NCBI GenBank assembly: GCA_038891095.1
Contig: JAWAEV010000001.1
Location: 164,468 to 228,467 of the forward strand
Reading direction: 5' to 3'
Source of the DNA: Candidatus Altiarchaeota archaeon
GTDB lineage: Archaea > Altiarchaeota > Altiarchaeia > IMC4 > QMZM01
DNA length: 64,000 bases
Shown: one piece after another, positions 28,984-38,052 of the stretch
How positions within the stretch are numbered: position 1 is the stretch's first letter
How the letters are laid out: the number at the start of each line of letters is the position of its first letter
Notes under the pieces: generated by a model
What the model saw: the letters and a program-made list of their open reading frames with translations, nothing else
Told to the model about the DNA's origin: nothing
Database searches by the model: none
Translations under genes and position numbers: made by a program

Positions 28984-29454
28984 ATGAACATATTAATAGG
29001 AATTGGAAATCCTCTCAAAGGAGATGACGCTATTGGAATTTATATAGCTGAAAAATTCAAAAGTGAAATTTCGAAGGATAAAACTCTGCGCAAAAAATGG
29101 TTTGTGCTTAGCTGTGAAACTGCTATAGAAAATTTCTCAAAAGTAGTAAAAAAGAAAAAGCCTGAAAATTTGATAATTATTGATGCAGCAGAATTCTCAC
29201 TAACTGCAGGAAAGTTCAGAAAATTTCAAACTGATAAGATTTCCTCTAAAGGCTTAGGAACTCATTCTATGCCAATTTTTTATTTTATAGAATATATTAA
29301 GCCTTATGTTAAGAATAAAATTTTTTTCATTGGAATACAAATAAAAAGAAGTGATTTTGGCACGGGGATTAGCAAGGAATTAAAAAAATCATCTAAGGAG
29401 ATTATTGAAATTTTAAAGGATGAAAAATTTGACGAGATTAGAGACTTAGATTGA
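28984..29454 (+). CDS. Hydrogenase maturation protease (HycI-like)
   Basis: GIGNPLKGDDAIG, IIDAA, TH.MP and IGIQ motifs. Confidence 0.88.
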   Translation: MNILIGIGNPLKGDDAIGIYIAEKFKSEISKDKTLRKKWFVLSCETAIENFSKVVKKKKPENLIIIDAAEFSLTAGKFRKFQTDKISSKGLGTHSMPIFYFIEYIKPYVKNKIFFIGIQIKRSDFGTGISKELKKSSKEIIEILKDEKFDEIRDLD

Positions 29455-30024
29455 TTTCCCTAAAAAAAGAATTGCGAATATTCCTGCAGTATTTAGAAAA
29501 TAGGAGATCAAAGAAAATTTTTTTATTGATATAACTCTTGAGGAAGCAAGTAAGGAAACACCAATTTCATCTGGTAATGGTGATGCTATAATAAAACCCG
29601 CTAGAATTGTTGTTATATACTTACCAAGATATCTTCTGAATAAACTTGGTGTCTTCTCAGATATTTTTTTGTGTATGGCTATTAAGCCTCTCTCTCTTGA
29701 CAATTTTTCTATCTCATCAGCAAATGAGTATCGGATCATGCTAAATATTATCAAATCTCCAACTAAAGATCCAAAACCAGCAATAATTCCTGCTAAGAAA
29801 ATATTTTGCTCCTTTGAGAGAATTAGTAAGATAGCGGTTGCAGGTGCTGCTGTAAAACCATATGTGAATAACACTCCAGAGATAAATGCGCCAATATACC
29901 CTAAAGAAATTAAGAAATCATGAAATGGTTGATAAGTCTTGCCATAAAAAAGAATATAAGCAAAAATAAAGGTCAATAATAGCAAAAGTAATTTTGGGTA
30001 TTTTATTTCTTTAATTTTCATCAT
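29446..30024 (-). CDS. Hypothetical membrane protein (DedA/VTT-like)
   Basis: Multi-TM; G..VGD..IF and SPLPDE motifs. Confidence 0.6.
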   Translation of the reverse strand: MMKIKEIKYPKLLLLLLTFIFAYILFYGKTYQPFHDFLISLGYIGAFISGVLFTYGFTAAPATAILLILSKEQNIFLAGIIAGFGSLVGDLIIFSMIRYSFADEIEKLSRERGLIAIHKKISEKTPSLFRRYLGKYITTILAGFIIASPLPDEIGVSLLASSRVISIKKFSLISYFLNTAGIFAILFLGKSI

Positions 30025-30097
30025 TTTAAGCTAATTGACTTATTTATATATTGAATCTAATATCTAATAGATAAGATATGAATTATGGAGGTGATAA

Positions 30098-30427
30098 ATG
30101 ATGATTCCATGGGGTAAAATAGGTGCTTGGTCTTTTGTTGTTGGTTTAGTGATTTCGATTTTGGCTGGTTTGGGTATATCAGCTGAATGGGTGCCTTTTG
30201 TCTTAGTAGTCTTAGGTGTTTTAGTTGGAATTTTGAATATTGCTGACAAAGAAGTTGTACCATTTTTGGTTGGAGCCATTGCACTTATGTTTTCTACATA
30301 CAGCTTAGGTTATCTTCCATTGGGGAGCATAATAACAGCAATTTTAAAGAACATTAACACATTTGTAGCACCAGCAGCAGCAGTTGTTGCCCTAAGAACA
30401 ATATACGACTTAGCAAAAGAGAAATAA
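30098..30427 (+). CDS. Small multi-pass membrane protein
   Basis: GGAGGTGA SD, hydrophobic ORF, oligo-T tract after the stop. Confidence 0.75.
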   Translation: MMIPWGKIGAWSFVVGLVISILAGLGISAEWVPFVLVVLGVLVGILNIADKEVVPFLVGAIALMFSTYSLGYLPLGSIITAILKNINTFVAPAAAVVALRTIYDLAKEK

Positions 30428-30613
30428 ACTCTCTTTTTTATTTTTTTATTTTGAATATAAATTTTAATGGCTAATAACTGGTATATATTTTATTAAAATT
30501 TAGAGAGTAAATAATGAGCTTGCAGATTAGTTTCTAAATTCTAACAAGATTACACTAATTACAACAAACAACTTTTAATCTCTTTTTACCTAAATATTAA
30601 CCTAGGTTTAGAA

Positions 30614-32191
30614 ATGAACTACATTGTTGTTACTGGTGGAGTATTATCAGGCTTAGGAAAAGGGGTAACAACTGCATCAATAGGTAGAATTCTCAAGGAT
30701 AAAGGATATGAGGTTTTGCCAATAAAAATTGATGGTTATGTAAATGTTGATCCAGGAACAATGAATCCCTATGAGCATGGAGAAGTTTTTGTTTTGGATG
30801 ATGGCTCTGAAACAGATTTGGATTTAGGACATTATGAACGCTTTCTTAATATTTCACTTACAGGTGATTCAAATTTAACAACAGGGAAAATTTATCAGAC
30901 TGTTATAGAAAAGGAGAGACGAGGCGACTATCTTGGTAAGACCGTGCAAATTATACCGCATATAACTGATGAGATAAAAAGAAGGATAAAACAATTTAAG
31001 GCAGATATTATTCTTATAGAAATTGGTGGTACTGTTGGTGATCTTGAGAATATGATCTTCATTGAAGCTTTAAGACAAATGCGACAAGAGCCACAAAACA
31101 AATTTTGTTTTATTCATCTTTCATATGTCCCTGTGATAGCTTCAGGAGAACAAAAAACAAAGCCAACACAACATTCAGTTAAAGAATTGTTAACTTTAGG
31201 CATTCAACCTGATATTATTATTGCTCGATCTAAAAAACCACTTGACCAAAAAAACAGAGAAAAAATCGCACTCTTTTGTGGTGTTCCTGTTGAGAATGTT
31301 CTCTCCGACCCAGATGTTGATGACACTTACCTGATACCTATAATTTTCAAAAAACAAAATTTGGCAGAAATTATAATAAAAAAATTAGAACTTGAAAGAA
31401 AACCAATGTATACATTAAAATGGGAAAATTTAATTCAGAAGATGCACAGTTATAATGAAATTGTAACAATTGGTATAGTTGGCAAATATACTGCCTTAGA
31501 AGATGCTTATCTTTCAATTAAGGAAGCATTTAAACATGCAGGGCTTGTAAATTCATGTAGAGTGAATTTGAAGTGGATTGATTCTGAAAATTTATCATTT
31601 GAAGAGTTAAATTCAGTTGATGGAATTCTTGTGCCAGGCGGCTTTGGTAGCAGAGGCGTGGAAGGCAAAATTTCAGCAATTCAATATGCAAGAGAAAAGA
31701 AAATTCCTTTTTTAGGCATATGTTATGGCTTTCAATTAGCAATTGTTGAATTTGCAAGAAATGTTTGTGGTCTTCATGGAGCAAATACTACAGAGAATGA
31801 TCCACAGACTCCACATCCTGTGATAGATATTTTACCAGAGCAAAAATCTATAAAAAATATGGGAGGCACAATGAGACTTGGCGCTTATCCTTGTGATCTT
31901 GAGGAAGATAGCCTTGCTTTCAGACTTTATAAAGAGAAAAAAATTTATGAAAGACACCGCCATAGATGGGAAGTTAATCCAGATTATGTAGAAATTTTAA
32001 CAAAAAAAGGAATTAAATTTTCAGGAGTTTATAAAGAAAGAAACTTGATGGAAATTTTTGAATTACCAACACATAATTTCTTTATTGGTTGTCAGTTTCA
32101 TCCTGAATTTAAATCAAGACCTGAAACGCCAGCACCTCTTTTTGTTGGTTTAGTAAAGGGAGCAATTGATAGAAAGAAAATGTTAGCATAA
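30614..32191 (+). CDS. pyrG: CTP synthase
   Basis: VTGGVLSGLGKG, KTKPTQHSV, GICYG and FHPE motifs. Confidence 0.98.
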   Translation: MNYIVVTGGVLSGLGKGVTTASIGRILKDKGYEVLPIKIDGYVNVDPGTMNPYEHGEVFVLDDGSETDLDLGHYERFLNISLTGDSNLTTGKIYQTVIEKERRGDYLGKTVQIIPHITDEIKRRIKQFKADIILIEIGGTVGDLENMIFIEALRQMRQEPQNKFCFIHLSYVPVIASGEQKTKPTQHSVKELLTLGIQPDIIIARSKKPLDQKNREKIALFCGVPVENVLSDPDVDDTYLIPIIFKKQNLAEIIIKKLELERKPMYTLKWENLIQKMHSYNEIVTIGIVGKYTALEDAYLSIKEAFKHAGLVNSCRVNLKWIDSENLSFEELNSVDGILVPGGFGSRGVEGKISAIQYAREKKIPFLGICYGFQLAIVEFARNVCGLHGANTTENDPQTPHPVIDILPEQKSIKNMGGTMRLGAYPCDLEEDSLAFRLYKEKKIYERHRHRWEVNPDYVEILTKKGIKFSGVYKERNLMEIFELPTHNFFIGCQFHPEFKSRPETPAPLFVGLVKGAIDRKKMLA

Positions 32192-32316
32192 GCGCTGAAG
32201 ATTGATTGCTATGATAATAAAATTTCTTTTTATTCTTAGTAAATTTTTGATTTTTTTGGAATTTAAAGAATTTATATTGGAATATTCAAATAGATAAACT
32301 CTAAAAAAGATCAAAA

Positions 32317-33219
32317 ATGCAGAAATTATGTCCTAAATGCGGGTATAGCAGAGTTTATAGCGACTATATAAAAGGTGAAACATATTGTGGTAAATGTGGT
32401 TTTATCTTAGAGGATACCCTATTTGACTTTGGGCCAGAGTGGAGAGCATTTGATAAAGAGCAAATGGAGAAAAGAGAAAGAACTGGTGGCTTATTAAAAT
32501 TTGCAAAATTAGGGAAAGGTTTAACAACTGAAATAGATAAATATGACCGCGATATAAAAGGTAGAGGCATTCCAGCAGAGAGAAAAGCAAAGCTTTATAG
32601 AATGAGAAAATTGCATAAGAGAATGAGAACATCAACATCATTAGATAAAAATTTATCAGTAGCACTACCTGAGATAAATAGAATTGCTTCTCATCTTAAT
32701 ATACCAACAAATATAAGAGAAGAGATTGCAATGCTTTATACAAAAGTCGCAAGTGAAGGTTTAGTTAGAGGAAGGTCAATAGAGAGCATGGTGGCTGCAG
32801 TCATATTTTATGTCACAAGAAAAAATCAAATTCCAAAAACATTAGAAGAACTTGAGAAATTTTCAGGTGTTGATAAAAAAGACATAGGGAAGAGCTATAG
32901 AAAAATTGTTCATGAACTAAAGCTGAAGATTCCTGTTGTTAGGCCAGCAGACCATGTGCCAAAATTAGCATCAGAACTTGGAGCTTCTGGAAGGACAATG
33001 TCAAAGGCAATTGAGATTATAGACTTTGCAACAAAGAAAGGGGCAATTGCAGGGAAAACTCCAAGAAGCGTTGCATTAGGAGCTATTTATTTAGCAGCAG
33101 AACTTATAGGCGAACAGGTAAAGAAAGTTAAATTTAAAGGTATTTCATCGCATACAATAAAGATAAGATATGAGGAGCTAAAAAGACTAATTGAGCAATA
33201 TCCTGGAGAAGTAAATTAA
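32317..33219 (+). CDS. tfb: Transcription initiation factor IIB (TFB), divergent C-terminus
   Basis: Zn ribbon, GPEWRAF B-reader, LVRGRSIE, two cyclin repeats. Confidence 0.93.
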   Translation: MQKLCPKCGYSRVYSDYIKGETYCGKCGFILEDTLFDFGPEWRAFDKEQMEKRERTGGLLKFAKLGKGLTTEIDKYDRDIKGRGIPAERKAKLYRMRKLHKRMRTSTSLDKNLSVALPEINRIASHLNIPTNIREEIAMLYTKVASEGLVRGRSIESMVAAVIFYVTRKNQIPKTLEELEKFSGVDKKDIGKSYRKIVHELKLKIPVVRPADHVPKLASELGASGRTMSKAIEIIDFATKKGAIAGKTPRSVALGAIYLAAELIGEQVKKVKFKGISSHTIKIRYEELKRLIEQYPGEVN

Positions 33220-33232
33220 TTTCTCTTTAGTT

Positions 33233-33952
33233 TTATAATTCTTGCTCAATAATTTTCTTGAATGTCTCATATGGTTGAGCTCCAACTAATTTAATTCCAT
33301 TTATAAAAAATGTCGGAGTTCCTGAAACTCCATAGCTTTGACCATCACTAAAATCTTTCTGAACTTCTTGGAAATATTTACCTGAATCTAAACACTCATC
33401 AAATTTTTTTGTGTCTAAGTCAAGTTTTTTTGCATATTCTTTTAATTTTGTTATTCCCCCGGAGGACCAATCACTTTGATTTCCATATAGAATATCATGA
33501 TATTGCCAAAATTTTCCTTGCTCATTTGCACATTCTGCTGCTTCAGCAGCTTTTTGAGCATATTGATGAAAGCTTAGAGGAAAATCCCGATATACAAATT
33601 TAACTTTACCTGTTTTTATGTAATCTCTATCTATTTGTGGCAGTGTTTGCTGAAAAAATCTAGCACAAAAAGGACATTGAAAATCAGAAAATTCAACTAT
33701 CGTCACTTTTGCATCTTTTTGGCCTTTCACAGGATCGTTATCTACACTAACTTGAATTCTCGAACCTTGTGAGGGTTGTTGTGCTATAACAGTTGTTGTA
33801 GTATAAGCAAAATTTTTTTCATTAAAATCAGCAATAGAGTTAATTTTCCCATATAAATTGAAACTTAGATATAAATTTGCTAAATTTAAAGCAAGCAAAA
33901 CTATCATTAAATACAATAAAAAATCCCTATTTCTAGCCTTTACTTTTTTCAT
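33233..33952 (-). CDS. Membrane-anchored DsbA-family thioredoxin-fold protein
   Basis: EFSDFQCPFC, RDFPL and GTPTFFING motifs. Confidence 0.93.
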   Translation of the reverse strand: MKKVKARNRDFLLYLMIVLLALNLANLYLSFNLYGKINSIADFNEKNFAYTTTTVIAQQPSQGSRIQVSVDNDPVKGQKDAKVTIVEFSDFQCPFCARFFQQTLPQIDRDYIKTGKVKFVYRDFPLSFHQYAQKAAEAAECANEQGKFWQYHDILYGNQSDWSSGGITKLKEYAKKLDLDTKKFDECLDSGKYFQEVQKDFSDGQSYGVSGTPTFFINGIKLVGAQPYETFKKIIEQEL

Positions 33953-33998
33953 TCTTAAAACAATAAGTTATATTGCTTTTAATATAAAAAAGCGATCA

Positions 33999-35267
33999 TT
34001 ATTTTAAACCTAAACTTCTCTTAACTATTGCCTTTATCTCCTCTGGTGGATAGCCAATTCTTATCAATCTTGTTGTGCCCCTTATACCTTTACCTGAGAT
34101 GCGAGTTGTTATTAAGCCTAACATTTCTAACTCATTCAAATATTCAGAAAATTGCCTTGATGTTCTTGGCTGTCTATGAAGTAATTTACAATTTTCCTCA
34201 TAAGCTTCATAAACCTCGCCTGTGAATAAATCACCACTTTCTTTATATTCGCTTGGAAGTCTTTTATAAATTCCTCCCCTTGAGGTTAGAGAAGCAATTG
34301 AGTAAAGGACAATTTGTTGATGTTCAGGTAAGGTTGAGATTGCCTCTGACATTATGTCTTCCTCAACAGCGTCTTTTGCTTTTTCAACATATTCAAGTGT
34401 TATCCTCTCTTTATTATCTCTTTCAGCAAGCTCACCTGCTTTTTTTAGTAGTCTTAATGCATAACGAGCATCGCCATCTTGAGCTGCAAATGCAGAAATT
34501 TTTTCTATAACTCCTTCGGATATGACACCGCTTCTAAAGCTTGCATTTACCCTTTGTCTTAAAATTGTTCCAAGTTGCAATGCATTATATGGCTTAAAAA
34601 TTTTCTCTTCTTGACATAGGGTTGATTTAGTTCTTGGATCAAGATGATTCATAACTCTGATGTCATTACTCATACCTATAATTGAGACATGCCCTTTAGG
34701 CAGCTCATCATTAATTCTCGTTAAAATATAAATTAGGTCATTAAGTCCTTTAGCTACCATATCGATTTCATCTAAGACAAGTATTAAATTGAGGGAATTT
34801 GTCTTAACAACTTTATATAAACGGTCATATAAATTTGCAGGGTCCATGCCAGTGAGAGTTCTATCTTTCCTATCACCAAGCGGAGTGTTCTGCAATGGTG
34901 GTTTGTTGAGAGCATCGTCTTCTAAAGCACTTAACAATACCTGGTATTTTGAATTTCTTATCTTACAGTTCATATAAACTGACCTTACTAAAGCATTTTT
35001 AACATTTTTCTCCGGGTTATTTACAAATTCATCAAGTTTTCTAAGAACATATTTAACAACACATGTCTTCCCAGTTCCAGGTTTTCCATAAATAAACAAA
35101 TTGTCCGGCTTTTCATTTTTTAATACAGGTGCTATAATTCTCGTGATCTCTCTAACTTCATTCTCTCTATGTGGCAATTCTTCTGGAACATAATGTGATG
35201 ATAATGCCTCTTTATTAATAAAAATTTTACTTCCCTTTAGCTCTGTTTCGAATATATTGCTTGACAT
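33999..35267 (-). CDS. cdc6: Orc1/Cdc6 replication initiator
   Basis: LPHRE, GKPGTGKT, LDEID, GDARYAL and C-terminal winged helix. Confidence 0.95.
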   Translation of the reverse strand: MSSNIFETELKGSKIFINKEALSSHYVPEELPHRENEVREITRIIAPVLKNEKPDNLFIYGKPGTGKTCVVKYVLRKLDEFVNNPEKNVKNALVRSVYMNCKIRNSKYQVLLSALEDDALNKPPLQNTPLGDRKDRTLTGMDPANLYDRLYKVVKTNSLNLILVLDEIDMVAKGLNDLIYILTRINDELPKGHVSIIGMSNDIRVMNHLDPRTKSTLCQEEKIFKPYNALQLGTILRQRVNASFRSGVISEGVIEKISAFAAQDGDARYALRLLKKAGELAERDNKERITLEYVEKAKDAVEEDIMSEAISTLPEHQQIVLYSIASLTSRGGIYKRLPSEYKESGDLFTGEVYEAYEENCKLLHRQPRTSRQFSEYLNELEMLGLITTRISGKGIRGTTRLIRIGYPPEEIKAIVKRSLGLK

Positions 35268-35373
35268 TTTAGCTGGAAAATTTTATATGTGAGAGTATAT
35301 ATTGAAATTAAAAATAAAAGAATAAAATAAAAGCAGTTATTTTTAATTCTGGATTAAGCATGCATTAAATCAT

Positions 35374-35793
35374 TTATGGAAGGTTAACTGCATAGAATTT
35401 AAAATATTTCAAAACTTTAAGATTTTTATCTAAAATTACAATAAGACTATCTCCGTTTGAGGTATATCTCACTTGATAAACATCAGCTTTTGGTAATTCA
35501 CCATATAATGCAGGAAATTCCTCAGCTAAAGAGGTTATATTCTTTGCATCTAATTTCACAACGCTAACATTGTAGTTTTTATTTTTTGTAAAATATTGAA
35601 CTGCTTGCTCTCTCATTGCAACTTTCAAAATTTTCTCTTCTGAGCTTTTGTCAATTTTTTCAGTTTGTGGGAGTAAATATAGAATAAGTAAAGCTAATAC
35701 TACAAAAAGAATGAAAATATAAAATTTTCTCAAGAAAAAAATATTTTTTGCTGCAGGAGTTCTTTTTATTTTTTGTAAACCCATTTTCTGCAA
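35374..35793 (-). CDS. Hypothetical protein with N-terminal TM
   Basis: ORF with one hydrophobic helix. Confidence 0.55.
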   Translation of the reverse strand: MQKMGLQKIKRTPAAKNIFFLRKFYIFILFVVLALLILYLLPQTEKIDKSSEEKILKVAMREQAVQYFTKNKNYNVSVVKLDAKNITSLAEEFPALYGELPKADVYQVRYTSNGDSLIVILDKNLKVLKYFKFYAVNLP

Positions 35794-36194
35794 TAGAATT
35801 TAGGATAAATATTTAATTTCGAAAAAAGGCTTCCCAAAAGAACACCTATTGAATTAGCAAGAATATCAGAAAGTTCAGCATATCTTCCAGGAACAAAATA
35901 CTGATGTATTTCATCAGAAATTCCATAAAAAACTCCAAAAAGAATAGCAAATACAAAACTTTGGTTATGATAACCAATTGCTCTAAATCCAGGAACTAGT
36001 AAAATTCCGAGAATTGTAAATTCAATTATGTGCTCAATTATTGGTGCCTCTTTTTTTAAGCCAGTAATTGGTTGCGGTGGATATGGAACTGAAGAAAGAT
36101 AAAAAATCAAAGCCATATAAAGAAGAATTATTAACCATAAAAATTTTGGCCTTTTCTCAAGAGAAAGAAAAATTTTATTAAACACTTTCGGCAA
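35766..36194 (-). CDS. VanZ-family membrane protein
   Basis: IFYLSS, H..EF..LG, DEIHQYFVPGR and D..AN..G motifs. Confidence 0.88.
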   Translation of the reverse strand: MPKVFNKIFLSLEKRPKFLWLIILLYMALIFYLSSVPYPPQPITGLKKEAPIIEHIIEFTILGILLVPGFRAIGYHNQSFVFAILFGVFYGISDEIHQYFVPGRYAELSDILANSIGVLLGSLFSKLNIYPKFYCRKWVYKK

Positions 36195-36558
36195 TAAATT
36201 CTTTTAGAACATCCTCAACTGCTGTTGAAAATTTATTCTCTATGCGATATGCATGCGATAGTATAACATTCAATTGTTCTTCATGGATGTTCAAATTAAA
36301 TGCTCCATAATTTGAAATAAAAAGTTCCTTATCTTTGAACCACATTCTCAATCCTGACTGGCTGATGAATGGCGTTGAAGGTTTACTCTTAGCATAATAT
36401 TCAAAAATTACCCAAGGAATAGTTAACTTTTGTCTATCAGTATAGAGGGTTATAGCCCTTAATCTCTTCTTAAAATTTTCATCATAGTCGAAATGGAACT
36501 CCACATCAAAGTTTGAGCCATTTTCATTATAGCCCCTTCTAAACTTCAGATGTGCCAT
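36178..36558 (-). CDS. Hypothetical protein
   Basis: 126-aa ORF overlapping the next gene. Confidence 0.6.
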   Translation of the reverse strand: MAHLKFRRGYNENGSNFDVEFHFDYDENFKKRLRAITLYTDRQKLTIPWVIFEYYAKSKPSTPFISQSGLRMWFKDKELFISNYGAFNLNIHEEQLNVILSHAYRIENKFSTAVEDVLKEFIAESV

Positions 36559-36615
36559 TTTAACTTAAAAATTTTGTTGGATTAATTATTACAAATGGAG
36601 TATAAAAAGTCAAAA

Positions 36616-37911
36616 TTATTTTTTTGAATTTTCTATTAGGTCCTTTGCTTTTTTAATAATTTGCCTTAGATGTGATCTGTTTTTTCCTTCTGCTGTTATT
36701 CTTATGACTTTCTCTGTTCCAGAAGGCCTAATTAAAAACCATCCATTCTCCAGAGAAACTCTAACTCCATCAATGAATGAAACATCTTGAAATTCTTTTT
36801 TTGCAAGAATTCTAATTTTTTGCATAATTTCTTGCTTTTCTTTTTCTAAAACAGGAATTTTGATTCTTTCCATTGGATAATCCCCTATCTTAGATAGAAT
36901 TTCATAAAATTTTTCCTGATCTATCAAGTTTGATATTATTGCAGCTGTTAAAGGACCATCAGGTACACAATGAAACTCTGGAAATATAAATGCTCCAGAA
37001 GGCTCACCACCAAAATCTGCTTTTTCCTTTAAAACAGCATTTGCAACTGCAACATCTCCTACTGCTACTCTAATGACATAATTACAAACTTCCTCTATGC
37101 GCATAGAAGCATCAACTGTGGTTACAACTTTTTTCTTTCCATAAGACAAAACTGCTAATAAAGTATCCCATGGAATTAACTTGCCATCTTTGCTAATTGC
37201 AGCTGTGCGGTCAGCATCACCATCATGCACAAAACCAATATCAACATCTGCCTTTTTGACTTGCTTTAAAATTTCTTTTAAATTTTCTTCTGTTGGCTCT
37301 AGATCATGAGGAAATTTTCCATTTAAAGATGTGTTAACTGCAGTGACATCACATCCAAGTTCTGTTAGCAACTTTGGTGTTATAACACTGCCGGAGCCAT
37401 TTGCACAATCAATAAAAACCCTTAATTTATCTTTTAATCTTCCTATTTTTTTTAAGATAAAAGAAATGTGCTTTTCAGTATAATCTGCCTTTTCTATTTT
37501 GCCTTTTTCTCTTTTCTCAAATTGTTTCAGAAAAAAAATTTTCTCAATATCAGACTCTTGCTCTTTGCTATAAGCACCTTCCTTAGAGTAAAATTTAAAA
37601 CCATTATACTCTTCTGGGTTATGAGAAGCGGTTATCATAATCCCAGTGCCAAAATCTCTTGCTGCTAAAGCTAATGTTGGAGTTGTTGCTATTCCTAAAA
37701 GAACAACATCTTTGCCTGTTGAGGTTATCCCCTTGCAAAGTTCATTCTCAAGAATTTCAGAGCTTTCTCTTGTGTCTCTTGCAACTGCAATCTTGCTATC
37801 TCTTGAGTAAGTGCCAATAGCCTTTCCAAGATTTAGAAAAAAATTTTCAGGAAATTCAGAAATTTTTCTCCTAATTCCTGAAGTTCCAAAGAGTTTTTGA
37901 TATTGATCCAT
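36616..37911 (-). CDS. Phosphohexomutase (GlmM/PMM-PGM family)
   Basis: FGTSGIR, TASHNP, DGDADR, GEPSG and RPSGTE motifs. Confidence 0.93.
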   Translation of the reverse strand: MDQYQKLFGTSGIRRKISEFPENFFLNLGKAIGTYSRDSKIAVARDTRESSEILENELCKGITSTGKDVVLLGIATTPTLALAARDFGTGIMITASHNPEEYNGFKFYSKEGAYSKEQESDIEKIFFLKQFEKREKGKIEKADYTEKHISFILKKIGRLKDKLRVFIDCANGSGSVITPKLLTELGCDVTAVNTSLNGKFPHDLEPTEENLKEILKQVKKADVDIGFVHDGDADRTAAISKDGKLIPWDTLLAVLSYGKKKVVTTVDASMRIEEVCNYVIRVAVGDVAVANAVLKEKADFGGEPSGAFIFPEFHCVPDGPLTAAIISNLIDQEKFYEILSKIGDYPMERIKIPVLEKEKQEIMQKIRILAKKEFQDVSFIDGVRVSLENGWFLIRPSGTEKVIRITAEGKNRSHLRQIIKKAKDLIENSKK

Positions 37912-38052
37912 TATTTACCACTTGGTAAGCTATTCTTAAATTATGTGAGAAAAATTGCCAACTATAAAATGCTTGATAGCAACCCCATATATGCGCAATA
38001 CAGAATATAGCTTAAAAAAGGCTTCTAACTTATCTTATCACTTTTGCTGAAT

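Noticed and set aside
35268-35373. Possible replication origin upstream of cdc6
   Set aside because: Short AT-rich gap with no convincing repeated ORB motifs.
37912-38052. Degenerate extra repeats beyond the array trailer
   Set aside because: No recognisable repeat remnants; probably the promoter region of the phosphohexomutase gene.
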